Positions 1 through 12,589 of a stretch of DNA of 64,000 bases are shown here, piece by piece. The stretch lies in assembly GCA_965232515.1 (NCBI GenBank), contig CBDDPY010000002.1, positions 3,168,001 to 3,232,000 on the forward strand, read 5' to 3'. Origin of the DNA: Alphaproteobacteria bacterium. Its GTDB lineage: Bacteria; Pseudomonadota; Alphaproteobacteria; GCA-2731375. The notes below the pieces were generated by a model. It saw nothing but the letters and a program-made list of their open reading frames with translations, did no database searches and had not been told where the DNA came from. A program made the position numbers and the translations under genes. Position 1 is the first letter of the stretch, and each line of letters opens with the position of its first letter.

Positions 1-693
1 GCTCAACAGAAAGCGGTTGCCGGACCAGGCGACCAGCGTCTCGTGAAAGCGGGAGTTGCGCTCGAAGTTGCGCATTGAGCGGTCGGGATTCTCGGCGTCC
101 TCGATCATGTGCTCCTGCTCGCGGCGGAGCTGGGCCAGCGTGCCGGGATCGACGGCATAGCCCGGCTCGTCGAAGGCGGCCGGCTCGATACGCATGCGGA
201 AGCGATAGCTGGCCTGGCTTTCCTCCGGTGTCCGGATGATGTGCGTCATCAGCCAGCCCTTGCCCTCGCGCGGCGCGACCAGCCCCTCGCGCATCATGCG
301 CTGCAACACCCGCAGGATCAGACGGCGGGAGGCGCCGTAGCGCTCCATCAGCGCGGTTTCCGTCATCATGGTCGGCAGGGTGTCGTCGATCCGGTCGTTG
401 GCCATGCGCCAGTAGATATGGTCTTCGCGCGATTGCAGATCGCCGTCGTCGATTGCCGCCAGCGCGCCGTCGTGGACGGTGAGGAAGAAGCCGCGCTTTT
501 CCTCGAGACGGACCACGCCTTGCGTTTCGAGAAGCTGCAAGGCGCGCTGCACGGGCGTCCGCGACACGCCGAAGCGCTCGGCAAGCGGCCCGGCCGACAG
601 GTGCGTGTCCGGTAACAGGCCTTCGCGCCGCGCGTGCTCGACGATCTGTTGGGCGAGGCGATGGTGCAGCGCCGTGAATTCCGATGCCGACAT
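1..693 (-). CDS. GntR-family regulator with two tandem HTH domains plus FCD (3' end runs off the window)
   Basis: Not in the ORF track because it has no stop in the window. Manual translation from ATG at 693: MSASEFTALHHRLAQQIVEH...LAERFGVSRTPVQRALQLLETQGVV (HTH1)...ETALMERYGASRRLILRVLQRMMREGLV (HTH2)...RMRIEPAA...NSRFHETLVAWSGNRFL (FCD). Confidence 0.85.
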   Translation of the reverse strand, partial: MSASEFTALHHRLAQQIVEHARREGLLPDTHLSAGPLAERFGVSRTPVQRALQLLETQGVVRLEEKRGFFLTVHDGALAAIDDGDLQSREDHIYWRMANDRIDDTLPTMMTETALMERYGASRRLILRVLQRMMREGLVAPREGKGWLMTHIIRTPEESQASYRFRMRIEPAAFDEPGYAVDPGTLAQLRREQEHMIEDAENPDRSMRNFERNSRFHETLVAWSGNRFLLS

Positions 694-866
694 GGGTTCC
701 TTTCCGCGACCCGGCCACGGATAGGCCAAGCGGCGCGAAAGCGCAAATCACCGGTCCGTTGGCGGACGCCGGGCATTCCCGCCGCTCGACGAAGGATTTC
801 ACTTTTTCGCAAGCCAGTGCAATTGTTTGATTGACTCAAATCGCTAACAAAATCAATCTTAGGCCT

Positions 867-2042
867 ATGCAATCAGACGACGTGACCCCATTTCCGCTGA
901 TCGACATCGAGGGACCGCCGCGCGAGCGGGGCCTGAGCTATGGCCGGCAGGCCGCCGAGCGGATCCACCGCAGCGAGGCGATCTACGTCCGCGCCATGGC
1001 CGCGCGCGGCTTCGCCTGGGACGAGGTAAAGCGACTGGCGCGTGAGTTCGCGCCCGCCATCGGCACGCTGGATGTGCGGTTCAAGGTCGAAATGGAAGGC
1101 ATCGCCGAGGGCGCGAAGGCCGATCTGGAAACAATCATCGTGGTCAATGCCCGCTCGGAGATCTTCAACGGCCGCACGCCGGCGGGGCGCAAGGCCGCGC
1201 AGGCCGCACAGGCGGCGATGCCGGCCGAGGGCTGCACCAGCGCGTTGGCGCTGGGACGGGCGACCGCGTCCGGGAAGCTGATCCACGGCCAGAACTGGGA
1301 CTTCAACGCCGACTGCGTGCATTCGGCCATCGTGCTGCGCATCCGGCCGGAGGAAGGACCAACGATCCTGACCTTCGTCGAGGCCGGCGGCCTGGCGCGA
1401 TCGGGCTTCAACAGCGCCGGCATTTCGGTGACCGCGAACAACCTGGAATGCGATCGGGATTTCGACCGCAGCGGCGTGCCGCTGTCGCTGATCCGCCGCC
1501 GGATCCTGGAGGCGCCGACGCTGGCCGAGGCGATCGGCGCGGTGACGACGGCCGAACGCGCCGTCTCCAACAACATGACCTTGGCGCATACGCCGGGCGA
1601 CGAGGCGATCAACCTGGAAACCACGCCGGGCGAGGTCTTTCCGCTCTGGCCAGGCGACGACGGTCTGTTCGCGCACGCCAACCATTTCCAAAGCCCCGTA
1701 GCGCAGGTCAAGGTACGGGACCGGGTGATGGACGATCCCACGCCGGGCACCTATTACCGGGACCGGCGCGTCATGGGTCATCTGAAGCCGCGCGCCGGCG
1801 CGCTGACAGTCGCCGACTTCAAGACCGCGTTCGCCGACGATTTCGGCAGGCCCTATGCCGTCCGCCGGCCGCCGACGGCCGGGCGAAGCGGCCACGTCTC
1901 GAGCACGGTCGCCACCGTGATCTTCGATCCGGCCGCGGGCGAGATGCACGCCCGGCCGGCGCCCTACCGCGACGACACCGCGTATGCCGTTTACCGGCTC
2001 GATGCCGGCGCGGCCCGGCATTCCACCGAGGCGGCGGAGTGA
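867..2042 (+). CDS. C45-family Ntn hydrolase (isopenicillin N acyltransferase-like)
   Basis: Autoprocessing site EG|CTS, plus HGQNWD, GFNSAG and HANHF motifs; ATG at 867 preferred over TTG at 831. Confidence 0.85.
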   Translation: MQSDDVTPFPLIDIEGPPRERGLSYGRQAAERIHRSEAIYVRAMAARGFAWDEVKRLAREFAPAIGTLDVRFKVEMEGIAEGAKADLETIIVVNARSEIFNGRTPAGRKAAQAAQAAMPAEGCTSALALGRATASGKLIHGQNWDFNADCVHSAIVLRIRPEEGPTILTFVEAGGLARSGFNSAGISVTANNLECDRDFDRSGVPLSLIRRRILEAPTLAEAIGAVTTAERAVSNNMTLAHTPGDEAINLETTPGEVFPLWPGDDGLFAHANHFQSPVAQVKVRDRVMDDPTPGTYYRDRRVMGHLKPRAGALTVADFKTAFADDFGRPYAVRRPPTAGRSGHVSSTVATVIFDPAAGEMHARPAPYRDDTAYAVYRLDAGAARHSTEAAE

Positions 2043-2091
2043 CAGCGACAAGAAACCGAGGGCACCTCAAACGACCAGCAGGGAGAAACAA

Positions 2092-3633
2092 ATGCAAAGC
2101 GCGAGGAGATTTCTCGGCGCGGCCGCGATCGGCCTGGCCGCGCTCATGCCCGCGGCCGCCATGGCCGCCGGCGGCACCTTACGGATCGCGACGCAGAGCG
2201 ATATCCGCAGCACCAATCCCGGCGTCGACCGCTCGGGCTTCACCGATGCCCTGCATCTGAACATCGTCGAGGGACTGGTCGGCTACAAGGACGACCTCAG
2301 CGTCGGGCCGGTGTTGGCCGAGAGCATGGACGTCTCGGACGACGGCCTGACCTACACCTTCAAGCTGCGCGGCGGCGTCAAGTTTCATAACGGCGACACA
2401 CTGACATCGACGCACGTCAAGGCGTCCTGGGACCGCTACATGGACGCCGGCACGAAGTGGCGCTGCCGCACCCGTTTCAACGGCGAGGACGGCGTCAACG
2501 TGACGGCGGTCGAGACGCCCGACGACCTGACCGTGGTCTATCGCATCGACCGGCCGTCGCCGCTCTTCCTGAAGGACATGGCGCGCTTCGACTGCGGCGC
2601 GACCGGGGTCGTGCACATGGAAAGCCTGAAGGCGGACGGGTCCTGGGACAAGCCGATCGGCACCGGCCCATTCGTGTTCGTCGAATGGCAGCCGGGCCAG
2701 CGCATCGTCCTGGAAAAGTTCGCCGACTACACGCTGGCCGCCGGTCCGATGGACGGCTATACCGGCAAGCGCGAGGTCTTCGTCGACCGCCTGGTCTTCA
2801 ACGTCGTGCCAGACGCGGCCTCGGGCAAGGCGGCGATGCGCGCCGGCGAAATCGACTTCATGTCGATCTCGACCAGCGACGTGCAGGAGATGCGCGAAGC
2901 CGGCTTCGAGGTCGTGGTGCAGCAGACACCGGCCTGGGGCAGCTTCCTGATCTCGCGGCACGACGCGTTCATGAACAACCGACCGCTGCGCCAGGCCCTG
3001 GCGGCGGCGCTCGACGTCGACGAGCTGGCGTCGTTGATGGGGTACGACTCCCACAACGCCTCGCCGATCCCGCCGATGTCGCAGTACTACACCAAGACCC
3101 AGCGGATGACCTATGGCCACGATCCAGCCCGCGCCAAGGCGCTCTTGAAGGAGGCGGGTTATAACGGCGAGCCGATCAAGCTGATCACCAGCCGCCGGTC
3201 GCCGACGATCTTCAACCAGGCCGTGGTCGCGCAGTCCATGTGGCAGGCGGTTGGTCTGAACGTCGAGATCGAGGTGCTGGACTGGGGCGCGCAGCTCGAC
3301 CTCTACCGCTCGGGCGAATACCAGATCCAGTCCTTCGGCTTCTCGCCGCGCCTCGACCCGGCGTTATCCTGGGACATGTTCTCGGGCACGCAGACCCGCA
3401 AGGTATGGGCCGATGAGGCGGCGCTGGCTAAGATCGGCGAGCTGATGAACGAGACGGACACGGCCAGGCGCGCGGCGATCAGCGATGCCTTGCACGAAAT
3501 GTTCCTGGAACAGGTGCCGGCGATCGGGCTCTACAGCCAGCCGCAGTCGACGGCATTGTCGAGCCGGGTGCGGGGCTTCAAGGCCTGGCCGGGCGGACGG
3601 ACGCGGTTCTGGGGCATCTCGCTCGGCGAGTAA
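2092..3633 (+). CDS. Peptide/nickel ABC transporter substrate-binding protein (family 5)
   Basis: Signal peptide MQSARRFLGAAAIGLAALMPAAAMA; family 5 signature LAESMDVSDDGLTYTFKLRGGVKFHNG; PIGTGPF; GGGAGA RBS before ATG 2092. Confidence 0.9.
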   Translation: MQSARRFLGAAAIGLAALMPAAAMAAGGTLRIATQSDIRSTNPGVDRSGFTDALHLNIVEGLVGYKDDLSVGPVLAESMDVSDDGLTYTFKLRGGVKFHNGDTLTSTHVKASWDRYMDAGTKWRCRTRFNGEDGVNVTAVETPDDLTVVYRIDRPSPLFLKDMARFDCGATGVVHMESLKADGSWDKPIGTGPFVFVEWQPGQRIVLEKFADYTLAAGPMDGYTGKREVFVDRLVFNVVPDAASGKAAMRAGEIDFMSISTSDVQEMREAGFEVVVQQTPAWGSFLISRHDAFMNNRPLRQALAAALDVDELASLMGYDSHNASPIPPMSQYYTKTQRMTYGHDPARAKALLKEAGYNGEPIKLITSRRSPTIFNQAVVAQSMWQAVGLNVEIEVLDWGAQLDLYRSGEYQIQSFGFSPRLDPALSWDMFSGTQTRKVWADEAALAKIGELMNETDTARRAAISDALHEMFLEQVPAIGLYSQPQSTALSSRVRGFKAWPGGRTRFWGISLGE

Positions 3634-3701
3634 CGCGCGTCCGGCAAAGGGGCGGCGTCGGCGCCGCCGCCCGCGCCGGCCGAGCGTAAGGATCCGCGCG
3701 C

Positions 3702-4643
3702 ATGTGGCAATACGCCATCCGGCGTCTGCTGATGACGATCCCGACACTGTTGCTGGTGTCGGTGATCGTGTTCCTGCTGATCCGGCTGATCCCTGGCGAT
3801 CCGGCCGCGATCATGCTGAACGACCTGGACAGCGACATCGCGCTCGAGGACATGCGGCGCGAGCTGGGCCTGGACAAGCCGATTCCGATCCAGTTCATGA
3901 TCTGGCTCGGCAACATGCTGAGCGGCGATCTCGGCGTCTCGATCAATACCGGCGAGCCGGTGCTGCAGGCGATCGCCAGCCGCTTCGAGGTGACCGCGAC
4001 GGTGACGGGACTGGCGATCCTGGCCGCGGTGCTGTTCGCGGTGCCCGCCGGCATCGTCGCAGCCTGGCGACAGAACAGCCTGACGGACTATTCGATCGTC
4101 TTCGTCAGCATCCTGTTCCTGTCGCTGCCGAGCTTCTGGCTCGGCCTGATGATGATCTACCTGTTCGCGATCACGCTCGGCTGGCTGCCGTCGATCGGCT
4201 ATGTCTCGGTGATCGAGGATCTCACCGGCGGCATCGTCTATCTGATCATGCCGGTGGCAACACTGGCGCTGGTCGAGATGGCGATGATCGCGCGCATGCT
4301 GCGCTCGCAGACGCTGGAGGTGTTGCGGCTAGAATACATCACGCACGCCCGCGCCAAGGGCCTGTCTGAAGGCGTGGTGCTGGCGCGACACGTATTCAAG
4401 AACGCCTTCGGGCCGGCGCTGACCGTGATCGGGCTGATCCTGGGCGGCCTGCTGGGCGGCGCCTCGGTGACCGAGACCGTGTTCAGCCTGCCGGGTGTCG
4501 GACGGCTGCTGGTCGACGCCATTTACGCCCGCGACTATCCGGTGCTGCAGGGCTGCCTGCTGTTCATCGCCTTCATCTACGTGATGGTGAACCTGGTGGT
4601 CGACCTGCTGTACATGGTGTTCGATCCGCGGGTCAGGATCTGA
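3702..4643 (+). CDS. Peptide ABC transporter permease (DppB/OppB-like)
   Basis: LIPGDPA N-terminus, EAA-loop region EYITHARAKGLS, RDYPVLQG, DPRV C-terminus. Confidence 0.92.
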   Translation: MWQYAIRRLLMTIPTLLLVSVIVFLLIRLIPGDPAAIMLNDLDSDIALEDMRRELGLDKPIPIQFMIWLGNMLSGDLGVSINTGEPVLQAIASRFEVTATVTGLAILAAVLFAVPAGIVAAWRQNSLTDYSIVFVSILFLSLPSFWLGLMMIYLFAITLGWLPSIGYVSVIEDLTGGIVYLIMPVATLALVEMAMIARMLRSQTLEVLRLEYITHARAKGLSEGVVLARHVFKNAFGPALTVIGLILGGLLGGASVTETVFSLPGVGRLLVDAIYARDYPVLQGCLLFIAFIYVMVNLVVDLLYMVFDPRVRI

Positions 4644-4648
4644 CGCGC

Positions 4649-5541
4649 ATGGCCGTCAACGACAAACTCGGCTCCGCGCCCGCGATCGCAGACCGGCCGC
4701 CCGCGCGCCGACCCTGGTTCCTGCGCCGGGCCAACGGCATCGTCGGGTCGGCGCTGTTGTTCCTGGTCATCGGGGCGGCGCTGACCGGCTTCGTCTGGAC
4801 GCCCTACGATCCGGTCGCGCCCGACTTCCGCGACCGCTTCGCGCCGCCGAGCGCGGCGCACTGGATGGGCACCGACGAATGGGGCCGCGACATGCTGTCG
4901 CGCATCATCGCCGGCGCCCGGACGTCGGTGGTCGTGGCCTTGTCGACGGTGGCTCTGGCGGTAACGTTCGGCACGCTGATCGGCGGCCTGTCGGGCTTCT
5001 TCGGCCGCTGGCTGGATCGCGGCGTGATGATGCTGACGGACGCCCTGCTGGCGTTTCCGGGCCTGCTGCTGGCGTTGTCGATCATGGCCATCGCCGGGCC
5101 CAGCGAGTGGGGCGTGATCGTCGCGCTGGCGCTGGCCTATATGCCGTCGGTCATCCGGTTGGTGCGCGGCACGGTGCTGTCGGTGCGCGAGAAGGAATAT
5201 GTCGAGGCCAGCCGCGCCATCGGCAACGGGCCGCTGTTCACGCTGTTCCGCCACGTGCTGCCGAACTGCACGGCGCCGCTGATTGTCATGGGCACGGCGC
5301 TGTTCGGCTCGGCCCTGCTGGCCGAAAGCGCGCTGTCGTTCCTGGGGCTCGGCGTGCCGCCGCCGGCGCCGACCTGGGGCAACATGCTGTCGGAGGCGCG
5401 CGGCTATTTCGTGCAGGCGCCGTGGCTGGCGATCTTTCCCGGCACCTGCATCTCGCTGGCGCTGCTGGGCGTCAACATCTTCGGCGACGCGCTGCGCGAC
5501 CGGCTCGATCCGCGCATGCGCGGCCTGACGGGTCCCGCCTG

Positions 5542-5542
<1 letters not shown>
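4649..5542 (+). CDS. Peptide ABC transporter permease (DppC/OppC-like)
   Basis: HWMGTDEWGRD, EYVEASRAIG, LSFLGLGVPPPAPTWG, GDALRDRLDPR. Confidence 0.92.
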
Positions 5543-7304
<1,762 letters not shown>

Positions 7305-7308
<4 letters not shown>

Positions 7309-8183
7309 TCCGCCTGCCGCACTGCCCGCATGGCCTGCGCGGCGAATGCGGCCGGTTCGCGGTAGGGGCCGTCGTGATTGACGTCCGACAGGACGGTAAG
7401 CGCGGCGTTGGGCAATGCGGACACCAGCTTCTCGGCAATGAGTTTGTAGCGCGCATGGGTGCGCGCGCCGTGGACGGCCAGAACCGGCGTCTCGATGGTG
7501 GCGAGATCGGCATCCGCCAGCGCGGGCGGCGACGGGAGTTGGAGGAACGGCGCCAGCGTGCGGGCGTTGTCGCGTACCAGAGCCTGCATCGCCTCGGGTT
7601 CGCGTTCGGCGCCGCCGGGCGGCAGGGAGAACACGGCTTCGAGGAAACGAAGGCCGGCGTCCTCGACGCGCCCGGCCTGCAGCGCCGCGAGCGCCGGCGC
7701 CAGCGTCGCCGCGAAGTCGGCCTGCGCGTCGGGCCCACCGTCGATCCCGGTCAGCAGCGCGCCGAGCGACGGCTCGTAGTGCACCGCGGACCGAAACAGG
7801 TCGGGCCGGCGCTGCATGGCGTATAGACCGACTTCGCCGCCATACGACCAGGTCACGAGATGGACCGGGCCGGCGTCGAGCGCTTGGATGAACGCGATGA
7901 GATCGGCGATATGGGTTTCGCGCGAGAAATGCGAGGCGGCGTCCGGCCAGGCATCGGCACCGAAATAGCGCTGCGTCAGCGCGATAAACCGGTTGTCGAC
8001 GGCGAGCGTCGCGCCCAGCGCCTGCCAGATCCGCAGATCCGAGAGCGCGCCATGCACGGCGACGATGGGCGCGCCCGCGCCCTGGTCAACATAGGCGAGC
8101 CGGGCGCCATTGACGGTCAGGTAACGCACGCCAACGTGAGCCGGCATCGCGACCGCCTTCGCTCGGGCGGCGGGATCAGTCAT
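7305..8183 (-). CDS. Alpha/beta-fold hydrolase
   Basis: VHG oxyanion motif, nucleophile elbow TWSYGG, C-terminal VNHDG His. Confidence 0.8.
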
Positions 8184-8949
8184 TCGCCGCCTCCCGGCAG
8201 GTCAGTTTCGCGGCGCGCGGCGCCGGCCGGGGAAACGGCAGGAAGGCGGGGACGCGCCTGCGGTAGTCGCGGTACCGGTCGCCCAGCGCCGCGATCAGGT
8301 CGGCTTCCTCGAACGGTGTCGCGATCATGACGTAGACGAAGGTCGCGGTGGCGAAGACAATGTGACCGACCGTCAGTTCCGGCGTCAGCCAGGGCGCCAG
8401 CATCCAGCCGAGGCTGATGGGATGCCGGATCAGCGCGTAGATGTAGCGCACGGTCATCGACGCGTCGCGCCGCGGCGACTGGCGGAAGTGCGCCCAGGCC
8501 TGAGCGAGGCCAAAGAAGCTGAAATGGCCGAAGTGGAATGTCGCCGCTGACATCATCAGCCAGACGGCGAGGTAGCCGGCATAGATCACGGCGACCAACG
8601 GGGCCTTCTCGACCTGCCAAACGACGATTGGAATGGGTTGCCAAAAGGTCACCAGCACAACGGTCATGCCGGCGGTGATGAAGAGGTAGGTCGCGCGCTC
8701 GATGGGCGGCGGGACGATCCGCGTCCACCAGCGTTTGAACGACGTGCGCGCGGCCAGCGAGTGCACGAGGCCGAACAGGCCGACGAGGCCTACATCGATC
8801 AGGATGGCCAACCAGAGCGCCGCCGGCTCGCCGTCGCCGATGCCCTTGGGCACGCCGATATCGGCGAGGAAGCCGGCGATGTAGAGGATGTTGGCCGCGC
8901 CGACGGTATAGGCCGCCAGCGCATAGGCCAGGAACAGGGTCGGTTTCAT
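8176..8949 (-). CDS. mddA: Methanethiol S-methyltransferase MddA-like membrane methyltransferase (ICMT/NnrU superfamily)
   Basis: Multi-TM protein with HSLAAR.SFKRWWTRIVPPPIERATY, FWQPIP.VVW, F.HFSFFGL.Q, Y..IRHP and EEADL...G..Y..Y...VP motifs typical of MddA. Confidence 0.75.
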   Translation of the reverse strand: MKPTLFLAYALAAYTVGAANILYIAGFLADIGVPKGIGDGEPAALWLAILIDVGLVGLFGLVHSLAARTSFKRWWTRIVPPPIERATYLFITAGMTVVLVTFWQPIPIVVWQVEKAPLVAVIYAGYLAVWLMMSAATFHFGHFSFFGLAQAWAHFRQSPRRDASMTVRYIYALIRHPISLGWMLAPWLTPELTVGHIVFATATFVYVMIATPFEEADLIAALGDRYRDYRRRVPAFLPFPRPAPRAAKLTCREAAND

Positions 8950-9017
8950 TGTCTTGGGACCCGTCGATCCGTTGAAACTGTCGTCGACCTAACTAGGCGG
9001 GATCGCCGGACGCCGCT

Positions 9018-9056
9018 TGAGAAACGGATGAGAATGCCCTGAGAAAGGGATGAGAA
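9018..9056. promoter_or_regulatory. Four TGAGAA direct repeats at exact 11-bp spacing; probable winged-helix binding site upstream of mddA
   Basis: TGAGAA at 9018, 9029, 9040 and 9051, between the regulator stop and the mddA start. Confidence 0.7.
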
Positions 9057-9067
9057 ATGCGGTTGGG

Positions 9068-10219
9068 TTACTGTTTCGTCCAGCCGGCGAAGCGGTAGCC
9101 GTGGCCGATCACGGTCTCGATGGAGGGCGCATAGGGCCCAAGCTTTCGGCGCAGACCGCGGATCAGCGAGTCGATGCGGTTGGAGCCCTCGAACGGCTGC
9201 TTCCAGACCTTTTCCAGCAGCTGGTCGCGCGTCACGACCTGGTTCTCGGCCGCGGTCAGTTCGGCCAGAACCGCGAACTGCAGGGGCGTAAGATCGATGC
9301 GCTCGCCCTCGGCGATCAGGCAACGGTTGTCGCGGTCGAGGCGGCAGGCATCCGTGACCGCTTCTGGCGCATCGGCAACGTCCGTGTCCAGCCCGCGCAG
9401 GAAACGATTGGCCATGCGGGCGATCTCGTCGCCGTCGACCCAGGCCGGATGGGTTCGTCCCTCAAGCGTGACGAGGCGGGCGCCCTCGATGCCGGCGGCG
9501 AGCGTGCGGGCCGACTCGTAGGGAATGGCCCGGTCGCCGCGGCGGTGCAGGATCAACGTCTCGGCCGCGACCTGCCCAAGGACATCGCGGGCATCCATGG
9601 CGTAGGTCAGCTCGAGCAGCTGGACGGCGACGTCGACCGAGGCCGCGTCGCGCTGATAGCGCGCGAAGATATCGATGAGCTCGCGGCTGGCGTCGGGCAG
9701 GAACACGTCGGCCATGGCCCGGGAGCCGAGACCCCAATGGGCCTTGACCGTGGCGAGGATCGCGTTCTGCACTTCCGCCGCGCAGATCGCCCGGCCCTCG
9801 GCATAGGCGCCGTAGAGGCAGATGCGATCGACGCGGTCGGGATGGCGAGCGGCGTGCGTCAGCGCGACCGGCGCGCCGCAGGACATGGCGAAGAAGCCGT
9901 AGGTGGGGACGCCAAGCTCGGCCACGAGATCGTCGAGCAGCTCGACCTCGTCGGCCTGGCTGCGGGCGGACACCTCGCGGTCGCTCAAGCCGACGCCGGG
10001 CCGGTCGTAGCGGACCAGCGTCAGCCCTTCGCCGAGACGGCTGAAGAAGGATCGGAACGCGTCGTGGGTCCAGTCCTGCTCGACATGGCTGACCCACCAG
10101 GCGGGGCAGATGACCAATGGCCCTGCCCCATGCCGGGCATAGGCGACGTTATGACCCCGGCGGTCGCGGAAGAAGCGGATTTCGGGCGCTGGCACGTTTC
10201 CCTCCGGCGCTGACGGCAT
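9068..10219 (-). CDS. One-component regulator: N-terminal alpha/beta-hydrolase domain plus C-terminal OmpR/PhoB-type winged helix
   Basis: YDRPGVGLS and AMSCG elbow; C-terminal LTPLQFAVL...VVTRDQLLEKVW...IRGLRRKL...IETVIGHGYRF. Confidence 0.88.
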   Translation of the reverse strand: MPSAPEGNVPAPEIRFFRDRRGHNVAYARHGAGPLVICPAWWVSHVEQDWTHDAFRSFFSRLGEGLTLVRYDRPGVGLSDREVSARSQADEVELLDDLVAELGVPTYGFFAMSCGAPVALTHAARHPDRVDRICLYGAYAEGRAICAAEVQNAILATVKAHWGLGSRAMADVFLPDASRELIDIFARYQRDAASVDVAVQLLELTYAMDARDVLGQVAAETLILHRRGDRAIPYESARTLAAGIEGARLVTLEGRTHPAWVDGDEIARMANRFLRGLDTDVADAPEAVTDACRLDRDNRCLIAEGERIDLTPLQFAVLAELTAAENQVVTRDQLLEKVWKQPFEGSNRIDSLIRGLRRKLGPYAPSIETVIGHGYRFAGWTKQ

Positions 10220-10368
10220 CCCACTCCTTCTGCCTGTTGTTCCCCGAGCTAGAACATGCCCGAAATGACATCTGACGAAAAGTGCGTATCGTCACCCGAA
10301 GCCGGCTAGCCCGCGGGATCGCGAGACGACCACGCGCGCGCGATCGTCTCGCGTTACAGCCGTCGGCG

Positions 10369-11565
10369 TCAGGCCGCCAGAAGCCCGTGCGGATCGATGA
10401 CGTATTTGGCGGGGCTGCCCATGTCGAAGTTGGCGTAACCCTCGGGCGCTTTGTCGAGGCTGATGACCTCGACGTTCAATGCCTTCGACAGATAGGGCAT
10501 GCGGTCCCAGAGGATCGCCTCAGTGAGATAGCGGTTGTAGTTCTGTACCGGCGCCATGCCGGTCATGACCTGGATCGACTTGGTCCACATCTTGCCCCAG
10601 TCGAGATGCAGCCGCCCCTGCCCGGCATCGGCGTCGACCGGCTTCGGATCGGCGCCGACGTAAATGCCGGGCACGCCGATCCGGCCGCTGGCGCGGACCA
10701 CGTCGAACAGGCTGTTGAGCGCCGCGTGCGGTTGCTCGGCATCCGCGTCGGCGCCGAGGCCGTGGGCTTCGTAGCCGACGGCGTCGACGCCGGCATCCAC
10801 CTCAGGCTCGCCGAGGATTTGGGCGATCTTGTCGCGCAGCGGCGCCGGGTCGCGCAGATCGACCGTCTCGAAGCCGGCATCCTGCAGGATTTTCAAGCGG
10901 TCGGGGTTCTGGTCGCCGACGATGATGCAGGCCGCGCCCAGCAGCCGGGCGCTGGCCGCGGCGCAGCGGCCGACCGGCCCGGCGCCGGCGATATAGACGT
11001 GGCTGCCCGGCCGCACACCGGCGGTGTAGGCGCCGTGGAAGCCGGTGGGCAGGATGTCGGAGATCATCGTGAGGTCGCGGATCTTCGCCATCGCCTTTTC
11101 CTTGTCGCGGAACTTCATCAGCATGTAGTCCGCGTACGGCACCAGGACGTATTCCGCCTGACCGCCGGCCCAGCCCTTGAGGTCGAAGCCGAAGGCGCCG
11201 AGATCGGCATTGGGATTGACGAGGTCGTTTTCGCAGACGTCGCTGCGCGCCTCCTTGCAATTACGGCAGCGGCCGCAGGCGACGTTGAACGGCACGGAAA
11301 CGAGATCGCCGACCTGCAGCAGCTCGACGTCGGCGCCCATCTCGATCACCTCGCCGGTGATCTCGTGCCCGAGCACATGGCCCTGCGGCACGGTGAAACG
11401 GCCGCGATAGATGTGCTGGTCGCTGCCGCAGATGTTTGTCGAGACGACCTTGAGGATGACGGCATGCTCGAGCTTGCGCCCGTCATGCTCCATCTTCGGA
11501 AAATCGAACGACTCGACACGAAGATCCTTGGCGCCGTGATAGACGACGCCGCGATTGCCGGACAT
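10369..11565 (-). CDS. fdhA: Glutathione-independent formaldehyde dehydrogenase (Zn-dependent MDR)
   Basis: MSGNRGVVY start, STNICGSDQH, LGHEITGE, CGRCRNC, GGQAEY, SDILPTG, KYVIDPHG. Confidence 0.88.
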   Translation of the reverse strand: MSGNRGVVYHGAKDLRVESFDFPKMEHDGRKLEHAVILKVVSTNICGSDQHIYRGRFTVPQGHVLGHEITGEVIEMGADVELLQVGDLVSVPFNVACGRCRNCKEARSDVCENDLVNPNADLGAFGFDLKGWAGGQAEYVLVPYADYMLMKFRDKEKAMAKIRDLTMISDILPTGFHGAYTAGVRPGSHVYIAGAGPVGRCAAASARLLGAACIIVGDQNPDRLKILQDAGFETVDLRDPAPLRDKIAQILGEPEVDAGVDAVGYEAHGLGADADAEQPHAALNSLFDVVRASGRIGVPGIYVGADPKPVDADAGQGRLHLDWGKMWTKSIQVMTGMAPVQNYNRYLTEAILWDRMPYLSKALNVEVISLDKAPEGYANFDMGSPAKYVIDPHGLLAA

Positions 11566-11683
11566 GAAACTTCTCCCTCCGCGAGGCTTGCTGATGCGGT
11601 AACGATGCCGCCGCCGGCGGTCGGGGTATTCCAAGATCTGGGAAGCGATTCAGAAATCTTGCGATCGGACCGGCCGGCGTCGC

Positions 11684-12589
11684 TCACTGGACCGCGTCGC
11701 GCCGGTAGCGGCCCGGGGTCGTGTCCAGCAGCCGGCGAAACGTGTCGGTCATGTGGGATTGCGACGAAAACCCGACGGCATAAGCGATATCCGCAATCGG
11801 CCGGTCCGTCGTCGCAAGCAGTTCGCGGGCGCGCTCAACGCGCCGTTTAAGCACGTATCGGTGAGGGCTCGTCCCCACAACCGTCTTGAAGCAACGGGAA
11901 AACTCATAGATGCCCATGCCGGCGACGTCGGCCATCTCGGAAAGGCTCAATCGCCTGGCAAGGCCGGCGTCGATGTACTGCACAGCTTCGCGAACCTCCT
12001 TTGCCGCGCGCGGCGGCGGCCCGCCGACATGCCGTTTTGCAGTGCCGCTTGCATGCCTGAGCACGTGGACGCCCAACAAAGCCACCACGGATTCGAGATA
12101 CAAGAGGTTGCCGCCGTCGCTGCCTGAAAACGCGTGTCTGTAGTGTCGGCTCAACGTCGCGAAATCCGGATCGAAGTCGACCGAGACCGGCACCAGGGCA
12201 TCAACCGCGTTTGATCCGCCGTCGCCCGCCAGCCGCGTCAGAAATTCGGGCTTGAACAAAACCACGCCAAACCATCCGACTTCGGCGATCGCGCGATAGC
12301 CGCAGTCGGCCGGCACGATGTCGGATGCGCCGGCCGCTGCACTGACGCGCGTCAACCGGTCGCTGTCCAACGCCCGCGCGCCGTGGCCGTGAGTCGCGAC
12401 GAATTTGACCGCCGGCCAGGGCAGAACCACGTTGACTTCGTAGCTGCCCGGCGGGTTCCACTCGGCGATGAAGTTTTCCGTCGTGATGCGGGTACCCCAA
12501 TCGGGCAGCCGCCGAACGGGATCGCCGTCCACCGGAATACGCCGCTTCGGCGGCGGTTGGAAACGTTCCAGCACAAAGGTCTCTGTCAT
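11684..12589 (-). CDS. AraC-family transcriptional regulator
   Basis: C-terminal dual HTH FSRCFK..VG.SPHRY...IADIAYAVGFSSQSHMT..FRR....TPGRYR; start taken at ATG 12589. Confidence 0.88.
   Translation of the reverse strand: MTETFVLERFQPPPKRRIPVDGDPVRRLPDWGTRITTENFIAEWNPPGSYEVNVVLPWPAVKFVATHGHGARALDSDRLTRVSAAAGASDIVPADCGYRAIAEVGWFGVVLFKPEFLTRLAGDGGSNAVDALVPVSVDFDPDFATLSRHYRHAFSGSDGGNLLYLESVVALLGVHVLRHASGTAKRHVGGPPPRAAKEVREAVQYIDAGLARRLSLSEMADVAGMGIYEFSRCFKTVVGTSPHRYVLKRRVERARELLATTDRPIADIAYAVGFSSQSHMTDTFRRLLDTTPGRYRRDAVQ

Noticed and set aside
4879-5541. Long N-terminal extensions in the ORF track (also 39758-40336, 45810-46247, 26121-26651, 47751-47921)
   Set aside because: They overlap real upstream genes or intergenic DNA; internal starts with an RBS or stop-start coupling fit better, so they are not fusions or frameshifts.
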